In this document: positions 11,901 through 20,000 of the stretch, one piece after another | Layout of the letters: the number at the start of each line of letters is the position of its first letter | Numbering within the stretch: the first letter of the stretch is position 1 | Assembly (NCBI RefSeq): GCF_004010195.1 | Contig: NC_057750.1 | Location: 8,873,336-8,893,335, forward strand | DNA length: 20,000 nucleotides | Reading direction: 5' to 3' | Source of the DNA: Chiloscyllium plagiosum | Taxonomy: Eukaryota | Made by a program: the position numbers and the translations under genes | The notes under the pieces: model-generated | The model's database searches: none | What the model was told of the DNA's origin: nothing | Seen by the model: the letters and a program-made list of their open reading frames with translations, nothing else

Positions 11901-12481
11901 CAATGATCCTGCAGACTTTGATCATCGCAATTAGCTTAATGCACTGTAGAAATGCACTTTGTTGTCATGCTCAAACCCATCCTGTGGAGATCTGTTCACA
12001 CCCTTTAGTGGACTGTCATCAGGAGCAGGAATCGAGCAATGTTCGCCCAGTAACCCTGGATGGTTCAAGGCAGATTGAGTCATTGAGGAGCCATGTGGTT
12101 AACTTAATGGCATAAGGCCTGCAGCAGTGCATGGAAAACAGTTTTCACAATCTTGTCTACCTTTCAAAGCGATTAACTTTTGATGCTATTAACTTGCAGA
12201 TTCTTCCTGTAAAGCAGCATTTTTAATGTAGGCAATGACACTGGGAAACTATCTGCATCAATCCAAGACTCTTCCTATCTTAGTCTCACAAGGGCAATGA
12301 AAATCATTCAAAAAAATTGCTGGACGCTTTGCATTCAGGGCCAGTTGATGAATCAAAGGAATTTCAGAATTATCAAGTGAAGAACATTCAACTGTACTCT
12401 CTATCTCTCTCTGTCATACGGACAGGTTGCTAACCACACAGACTGAAACGGTTCAAGAAGTTGGCAGACTACCAACATTTC

Positions 12482-12545
12482 CAGGGCAACTAAGGATGGT
12501 CAATAAGTGCCAATGACACCCACTTGAGTGTGAATACAAAAAGAT
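12482..12545 (+). repeat. Short 3' tail remnant related to the LINE tail at 11.1 kb
   Basis: AGGGCAACTAAGGATGGTCAATAAGTGCCAATGACACCCAC...GTGAAT resembles 11100-11165. Confidence 0.45.
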
Positions 12546-14767
12546 CTAAAAACAAATATGAGAAGCAAGCTTAGAAAACTGGTAGATTGGTCTTCATGGC
12601 TTAGTTAAGATGCTGCTCTTGTCTACAGCGTGGCATTTCATCTCATCTAGTGAGGGAAAGGACAGTTTTTGTACTATCAACTCACCAATGAAATTGCAAT
12701 ATTGTTTTGCCCAAAGCATGCCAAACATGAGTATCACAAGGGGCAAATAGTCGAGCATAAAATATTTTTCACCTTTTGCCAACTTTAAAACTTTCTATCC
12801 TTTCCCACATGATCCTTAAAAGATGGCAATGTGTACAGCAATGACTCCAGGGGCATACCTCCTGTAAATTAATGAACAACTGGTGATCACATGGCCAATT
12901 TTAATGAATGGGCCAGTTTGCTGGGAGATGATGACAGCACTTCAGAGCCAAACGTGATCTCAAGTTAACTTCCTTAAGTGATAGCGACATAGTTGGGTTA
13001 GGGTTTGCTGATTCAATACAAACAAAAAACGCAAACTGAAGATGCATCCATTTTAACAAGCAGCAGTCAGAATTTTGGTCACAGAGTTAGCAATAAAGTT
13101 TAAATCTCATTTCACTCTGATTTAAAAGGGATTTTTACAGGATCTCTAACTTTGGACTCCCTTCAACTGTCGCGTCTTGGCTTTCTGTTTATTACCAGGA
13201 CATTTATCCTAATCTTGCTGGGGAACAATGCCAACACATCCACTGGCAACCTGCAAGGGTCTTGCACAATGGTCTCTGAGCTAGTCCAAAATGCAAGTCA
13301 CTAGCACACAATGCTACAGCTAAGATCAATGAAAACACAGGCTGGAAGCCTGCTGCCCATCATTTGCTGAGCTACAAAGACCAAACAGCAGAATGTCAAA
13401 TTACCTAACTCTTGTGGGGACAGGTTAATAGTATTGGACCACCACAGAAATGTGGTGAGCTCAGATCCCATCTTGGCATGTTATGAAATGGAATTTAACA
13501 AATAACTGTTGGGTTGATTGCTAACATAGCAAATCGGCCAATGCAAAATGGAAAGAATTTTGCATGTAGCTTGAACACTGGCACAGAAATGTTGGGATAA
13601 ATGAGCTGACAATTCTTAGTCTATGACTCTACTTAACACTACAAGGTTGATTAAATTGCTTTTACCTAGCAACCCACTCAGTTGCACACATCAGATTGGC
13701 CAGGGAATGGGCAGCAAATGTTCTGACTGCACCATGGGAGCAGTTAAAAAAGTTAAACAGATTGGAAATTCATTCATCCAGCAGCTCAAAGCATTTAAAT
13801 CTTGCCGGCAATGCTACCTCATTTTCAAATAAGCAATACATTTCCCACTGTGGACAGAAGGCAATATCCTTAAACCAACACCAGGCAGATTTTGCTCAAA
13901 TCAGGTCACAGCACCAGCAGTTAGCATTAGCACAAGGCACGCTGTGGGTGGAAAGGCTTTTACATTCCGATGGTCCCTTACAAGATGCCTCTGGGAGCTC
14001 CTTGTGCCTGATAAGGCCATCAACGGTGGTTAGGGGTGGCTATGTGCACTCGCACTTGAGCGGAGTGAAGGGATGTGGTGGGACAGACACAGAGACAGAA
14101 TAGTCAAATTAACAGGCCAAATAAGGCCCAAAATTCATCAACAGTCAAAAAGGCAAACAAAGATAAGGCACCTCACTGGTTATGACAGTAGAAAGCTATA
14201 ATGCAAAGGTGGTCCAAGTCATCACAGAATTTCATCAAATGCTGACCAGTCACAATCATGTCAACAATGGTGGTGTCAAAATAAAATCACACAAGCTTCT
14301 ACCAGGGTTCTCAAGCAACTGCTTCAAATATATTCTCCTTGAAGTGTGGTTGCTCAAAACAGTGTCAACTTGCCCATTATACTCCATCACACTTTGAGGC
14401 CCAAAGCCTTCATAAGACAGAGGGACAGCTGAGAAGGCAAGAAAAGGAAGCGAGTCCTGCACCCTGGATCCCAATACCCAACGAGTGCACCCAAAGTCTG
14501 TGGGTTAAGAACTGGCCCGTGCAGCGACAGGACAGTCCAAGGCAGAAACAGAGTAAACATCATTTTCAAATTGAGGATCAGCCAATAACAGCTTTAGAGA
14601 CCCAGTGGTGAGTAAATGGCAACCTGATATCTCTACCCTTCCCTCCAGTTGACTGGGTCTCATCTCAACTGGCTCCACCACTCAAAGAAAAAGAAAATCA
14701 CCTGCATCAGTTCCTGAACAAAGTAACCTGCATCATTTACATAAAAAAGAACCAAGGATGCTGCAAA

Positions 14768-14967
14768 TCAGAGACTAAAACAGAAATTTCTGGAAAAGCT
14801 CAGGTTTTGCAGCATCCGTGGAGAGAAATCAGTTAACTTTTTGGATCAAATGAGCTTACCTCAGGCCTGAGGCAGGGTCATTCAACCTGAAATGTTAGCA
14901 TCTATGGAGTAAAATCAGAGTTAAGAGACCTGCTGAGCCTTTCCAGCAATTTCTATTTTTGCCTCTG
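14768..14967. mobile_element. Foldback (inverted-repeat) element with degenerate hammerhead-like core
   Basis: AAAACAGAAATTTCTGGAAAAGCTCAG (14777-14803) pairs with CTGAGCCTTTCCAGCAATTTCTATTTTT (14933-14960). Central perfect palindrome CCTCAGGCCTGAGG (14859-14872). Core-like string CTGAGGCAGGGTCATTCAACCTGAAATGTT. Confidence 0.8.
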
Positions 14968-15371
14968 CAATGTTTACATTCCTATCTACAGCCTGCAGAG
15001 AGAGTAGAACTTTACTGTTACGTAACAAGGTGCCTGTAAATCCCAGACACTTTGAGGTTACCTCACTCACTGGGAATTCTCACCACATTATGCGGATAAT
15101 TCACATCTGGAAACTAATGATTAAGTTTTGAATCTCAAGTTAAAGATTTGGGTGAGACTGCTGAACTCAGTGCCTCAGCTCTAGAGAAAGAAAAGCCAGT
15201 TGTGTCTGGACCTTGTTGAATTAATCCAACCAGAATGGATACATGTGGGAAGTAGAGAACGAAGTGTGGTGATGATTCCACCTCCTCTCTTCCAGAGCCA
15301 GATGGTAGAGAAACAGTAACTTGATTCGCAAATCAAAAACAGTGTACACCACACGTTCCAAGACTCCTACA

Positions 15372-15530
15372 TAACAACTTGCATCCTTGTAGCACCTTAA
15401 TAAAGCATCTCAATGCATTCACAGAAGCATTTTCAAAAATTTGACACTGAGCTTCACAAGATGCTACTGGGTCAAAATCTTCATCAAATAGCTCTAGTGG
15501 GAGCAATTTGGAAGTCTAGGCAGGGAAGAA
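15372..15530 (-). mobile_element. Old L2-type LINE/SINE 3' end fragment
   Basis: AACAACTTGCAT...TAGCACCTT...CATCTCAATGCATTCACAG...TTTGACACTGAGC resembles the reverse complement of an L2 terminus, from memory. Confidence 0.5.
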
Positions 15531-16627
15531 AATTAAACAAATGTATCAGGGAAAGTATTACAGAGTCAACATTGTAAAAGTTAGCCTTTTATTTCTTGAG
15601 ATCCGTTCAGTAAATAAGAGCTGCAGGCTGCTATCACCCAATACGCACACAGGTACAGTGCAGCTCACAGATGGCACACGCACTGCAGGATCATGAAGCA
15701 AACCAAGCCTGAAAGCAGAGACTCAGTGCTTACTACCCATCCCTAACACTCAGCTGTTTGAACCAGCAAGTGCTGCCGTGTACCAGTCTCACTCTCCTCA
15801 ATGACCACAGTCAGTACAAAGCACGCAATGTCCACAGGGACACACTGTACTCCAGAAAGCAATTGATATTTTATTGCCATTTGTTCCTAGCTAGTGGCTG
15901 GCTGCAGACCAAATGGTTTTGAGCAAAACTTGCTACTCAAATCAAGAGAAGTTCCCATTACAGGACAATTTCACTTTCCATGTGAAGGTTATGAATCTCA
16001 ATGGAGTAGTCCAACATCCAGTAAGTACAGCAGAAACCTCAGTGTGAACTTATAGCAAGGGCTGCCAAGCTATCCAGACATGGGTACATAACACAGGGTC
16101 CCAAAGCACAAACGTGTTGGCAGCTGACTTGTCCACAAGGGCATTTTATATCCAGTCTCACTCACCATCCATCAGCCCCTCAAGTTCATCTACCCGGGCT
16201 ATAACCCCACACCTCCACCCAATTCACTGGATAAAAGAGCCCAACTGACTCTTTCCCATTGTAACATTCCCAACATCAGGCCAATCAAAATCAGCAAACC
16301 CTAAAAACTGGGACAGGGAATGAACTTCCTAGTCAACATCCTGTCAATGATGGGAAAGTCAAAAATCACACGACAAAGGATCATAGTCCAACAGGTTTAC
16401 AGCGAGTGATAAAAGTCCAATAGCACAAGCATCTGCCTCGATTTTGCAACTGATGCACAAATCAGAATGTAAACAATTGGACAATACCTTCCCAACACCA
16501 GCACAAACAGGATGACTGTTACTGAAAACAAGAAGACAGTAGAACAAAACATTACTTTCTGAATCAAAATGTTTTGGGGGCTTGATTCTGGTTGTAAGGA
16601 CCAGTGTGCATGAACCAGACTGGCACA

Positions 16628-16800
16628 GACTGCATTGTGGCATTGCTATCAGTGCTTTCCTTTGGAATAGAGGTTAAACTGAGGCACCTTTCTACTCAAA
16701 AATCTTTAAAACCCACAGCACTATTTGAAGAACAGGGTAGTGCTCAACAGAGCCCCATATTAATTCCTACCCATCAACCGTCAGCACAAAAAAAATCACC
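16628..16800 (+). mobile_element. DeuSINE-like (SacSINE1/AmnSINE1-related) central-domain remnant
   Basis: GTTAAACTGAGGC...TAAAACCCACAGCACTATTTGAAGAACAGGG...CCCATCAACC resembles the Deu domain as I recall it (GTTAAACCGAGG...AAAGATCCCATGGCACTATT.GAAGAAGAGCAGGG). Confidence 0.6.
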
Positions 16801-16804
16801 ATGA

Positions 16805-16997
16805 AAGCAAACTACTGCAGACATTGGAAACCTGAAATGAGAACAGAAAGTGCTGGAACAGTGACACATAGTGGGAAGTACAGAAACACATTTGTTTCAA
16901 AATAGTACCATATTGGACTGAAAATGTTATCTGCTTTTCTCTCTCCAGATGCTTCAAGACATGCTGAGCTTCTTCAACGTGTTTTAATTTTATTTCG
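16805..16997. mobile_element. Older degenerate foldback element related to 14768-14967
   Basis: Left arm CTGAAATGAGAACAGAAAGTGCTGGAA. Right arm AAATGTTATCTGCTTTTCTCTCTCCAGATGCTTCAAGACATGCTGAGCTTCTTCAAC...TTTTATTTC. Confidence 0.6.
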
Positions 16998-18188
16998 GTT
17001 GCTGATTGCTGATCATAGCAGCCTACAGTGCACACGCTGAAGAATATGTTTAATAGTTGCTGTTGTAACACAAGTACTGCATTGACTATAAAGTTCGAAG
17101 GTTGGGAAAGTTAATACATAAAGGCAAGCTTTCTGCTCCTTCTCTACAAAATACAGTAGTTTCAGCAAATACTTCTAAGTTTTAAATGAATTAAAAGCTC
17201 TATATTCATTGCCAGGAATCAAAGTCTGTTTTGTAGTTAATTAAACAACTGCAAATTTATAATTTTTAAAACAGAGAATGAAGTTCTCTGTTGGAAGCTA
17301 ACTTTGCATCTTGTCCTTCAGTCGAACTGCTAACCTTGAATTCCACCTACCTAGCACACCTATATTTACTTCCTTGTGCTCAGCAGGTTGAAAGCTAGTC
17401 ACACTGGGGAAGGGAATACTTGCCAGATCACATGAAAAGATATCCTGTACAGTACAGTAAGAAAGCAGAAGTGGTGATAAAGGAGGAATGTTGAAATAGA
17501 TATATATACATGGCCCAGCCTTTAACGAACTCAAGACAACCACTACTACAACCTGACATCTGATTTAGAAAATGAGAACAAACGCTCCCTCAGTTTGCTG
17601 CTCAATTCATATATACTTTGATATCTAAAAATCCTCCCAAACCTAATTTGAATGCACATACTAAACAGCCAATGCACCCTGAGATTTAAAAAAAAATACT
17701 CATTTCAGTCCTTCTTCAATCAAAGCCCCCTGAAATCATTTACTTTGTCCCAATAAGATGCTCTTATATTCTTCTGAATTTGAGAGTACACAAGTTTTGG
17801 CAACTATATCTCACAGGAAATCCTCTTCATCGCAAGATTTGGACTTCAGGAAAATCAGAAACTTTTCATTTCTAACACCTGTACAATGTATTCGGTGTGA
17901 CCTGGAAAAAGTGCAGAAATTCCACTAAGATGCCTTCCTCAACTGTTTCTGGTGGAAGGGATAGCTTTGACTTTTCTCCTCCTAGCACAACTGAGATTTT
18001 TAAAAAGCTAGCTTTGCCCAATTTAAGGCAACTGTAGATAGCTTTCCGGGTTTGCTGAGGTGAACACGTGGGCAGTGACGATCGTTTTATATCACAGAAA
18101 CCTGACTGTGCTCCCACTTGGAGTGGTTGGGATGGGGGTGTCAAGCCAAACTGTGACAAATGGCAGGGACAAACAGGCTGCCAACACT

Positions 18189-18311
18189 GGGCAGCACGGT
18201 GGCACAGTGGTTAGCACTGCTGCCTCACAGCGCCAGAGACCCGGGTTCAATTCCCGCCTCAGGTGACTGACTGTGTGGAGTTTAATCTAATCTAATCTAA
18301 TCTAATCTAAT
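18189..18311 (+). mobile_element. Internally deleted HE1-type SINE: intact tRNA head joined directly to a (TAATC)n tail
   Basis: GGGCAGCACGGTGGCACAGTGGTTAGC...GGTTCAATTCCC...TGTGTGGAGTT followed by (TAATC)5 TAAT at 18283-18311. Three mismatches to the 8348 copy over about 86 bp. Confidence 0.92.
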
Positions 18312-18705
18312 TCACTTTTGCCATTCGCTGGATCTTGATGTCTCAATCAAGCCCATAGTACAAATGGGTGAAGGCTGCCACAAATGACAGAGTCACAGAA
18401 TTAGTATATAACGCAGCCTCCAGCATAGCTCACAGTCCTGAGATTAGTACAGCAGTTTAATTTCATAGCTGACATTTACGAGACATTGACAGTAATGATT
18501 ACAAACTTCACTATTGCGTCAGTAAGTCAAAAACAGGCATTTCCAAACTGTTTTTCCAGACCTCATTAACTTTCCCTCAAACCAGGCGATGCAGAAAGGG
18601 TGCAGATATTTGAGTAGGATATGACATGCAACAAGGTAACAGGCAATGGAAGTCAATATGTTGCTTGGTATTGGAGAACATAAATCCCAACCACTCCAAG
18701 TGGGA

Positions 18706-19115
18706 GACATATTGTTGAATCTTTAAGTCTTCTGCTCATCAGGACAAACACAAGAATACCAATTTTCAAAAGATCACAATAACTAATATTCCTAGGTGCT
18801 GATTGGTTGGCAAGATGTGTTGGATTGGTTGAGGCATTGCTAGGGAGAAAACAATTGGAAAACTAAGTTCCCTAAGATCCTGGGCAATTGATAAAAACAC
18901 ATACAGCTTGGACATAATTAATTTGTTTGCAGAGAACTCCCTGGGAGTTCGTAGTTCCCTGTTATTTTCTCCATGGTAACACTCAGCTAATCAGAGTTGA
19001 GTTGCCAACCAGTCAGTACTGCTTTTCCTCTGTATTATAAAATTGTTATCAGTGTTTTGGCATTCTTACATGTGTTCTGATGAATACAAGATGAGAAGGT
19101 TTGGCAACATGAGTC
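18706..19115. mobile_element. Approximately 410-bp foldback element with a CTGATGA hammerhead-like core near each end
   Basis: GTGCTGATTGGTTGGCAA (18796-18813) versus TTGCCAACCAGTCAGTAC (19002-19019), 16/18 complementary. TCATCAG (18736-18742) versus CTGATGA (19077-19083). CAAGAATACCAA versus TTGGCATTCTTA. Confidence 0.7.
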
Positions 19116-19694
19116 CCTTTGCAGGAATTAAAATGCTCATCAACTTCTGCTCTTATATTTTCCACCCCTTTCAAATGTCCATCTGAAGTGTTCATTAATC
19201 CATCAAGTGAACAGGTTAGAAGGTATCACCAAGTCTGATGAAGCAAGACAGCTGAATATATTACATCAACATGTCTGAATACTTTTCATGACCATATCCT
19301 TTCAGAGTGGAGTTACTGTTACATTGGGAAACAAAACAGATAGTTTGCTCTAGATTGGGGCCCAAGTAACAAATGAATTAAACACCAGCTTGAAATTGGC
19401 AGTGGGATGGATTTCTGCCAGGAGAAATCTCCACAGCTCTTTGATAAATTCCTTGGCATCATACCAGTGAATCAGCACCATCTCACCCTTGATCATCAGC
19501 ATCAGGTTAGCAACACCAATATATCCTCTGAAAGTAGTGTCAGGAGCTTGAGTGAAAAGATTCACACAAGAAAAATAAACTAAAGCAGAGGCAAAATTTA
19601 AAGTGGAATTGACATTCCACTGATCTACAGAAACAAATAAACATTCAAACTCATCCACTATGGAGTTATTTGGAGATACATTTTTGACTTAACA

Positions 19695-20000
19695 TCATAA
19701 TCACCTATTTCTACAGCACCTTTCAGCTTATAAAATTTGCCAGGAGTACCATAATGCCAAAAGTGACAAGTTTAGAAGCAAAAATGCGGCCAAAGAGCCA
19801 AATTGAAAGGTTAATGAAGGTGGAGGAATGGAGGGGGGAGTTGTAATACAAATGATAGATGACAGGAGGGACCAAACAGTGCACGGTAAGCCAGGAAGAG
19901 AAGAGGAGGATTGGTTACTATAAGGAATGAGATTGAGTGGGTTCTCAAGAGGGCTCTGTCAGGAATTTGTTAGGGGAAGGGGGTGAGGACAAAGATGACA
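19695..20000 (-). mobile_element. Possible old L2-type 3' fragment
   Basis: CACCTATTTCTACAGCACCTTTCA resembles the 15372 fragment and is followed by purine-rich sequence. Weak similarity. Confidence 0.35.

Larger units (their letters stand above)
7838..20000 (-). other. RAB4B: RAB4B first intron (partial, >12 kb)
   Basis: Acceptor with pyrimidine tract (tttgttttccctcttcAG) at 7838. I saw no MxETY-type first exon and no CpG island upstream within the window. Confidence 0.7.

Noticed and set aside
13696..14103. Longest unexplained ORF (135 aa, plus strand)
   Set aside because: Non-ATG start, no recognisable domain or splice support, and antisense within an intron. The length is compatible with chance.
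18189..18262. tRNA gene
   Set aside because: The A and B boxes belong to a SINE head that continues into SINE body sequence, with a near-identical copy at 8348.
19235..19257. Additional hammerhead-like string CTGATGA-AGC-AAGACA-GCT-GAAT
   Set aside because: GAAT instead of GAAA, and no convincing stem I/III or cleavage triplet. Chance, or too decayed to support.

Overview
Eukaryotic, repeat-rich vertebrate genomic DNA. The SINE/LINE repertoire points to a shark or other elasmobranch (inference). The window lies inside one gene on the minus strand, RAB4B (endosomal Rab GTPase). Three internal coding exons are present, at 7757-7837, 6801-6915 and 3936-3998. All have canonical AG/GT boundaries and splice in frame to [87 protein letters not shown] could not find exon 1 or exons 5 onward, so they are probably outside the window. 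The rest is intron filled with decayed CR1/L2-type LINEs, HE1-type V-SINEs, a DeuSINE-like remnant and short elements with hammerhead-ribozyme-like cores, two of them arranged as foldbacks. Nearly all ORFs in the supplied track are spurious or transposon debris. I find no new protein-coding system. The most interesting signals are non-coding: the hammerhead-like elements, a 71-bp hairpin insert between perfect 54-bp direct repeats, an internally deleted mini-SINE, a micro-inversion in a foldback arm, and a LINE with a tRNA/SINE-like 5' end. Repeat family names come from recalled consensus sequences, not database searches, and repeat boundaries are approximate.
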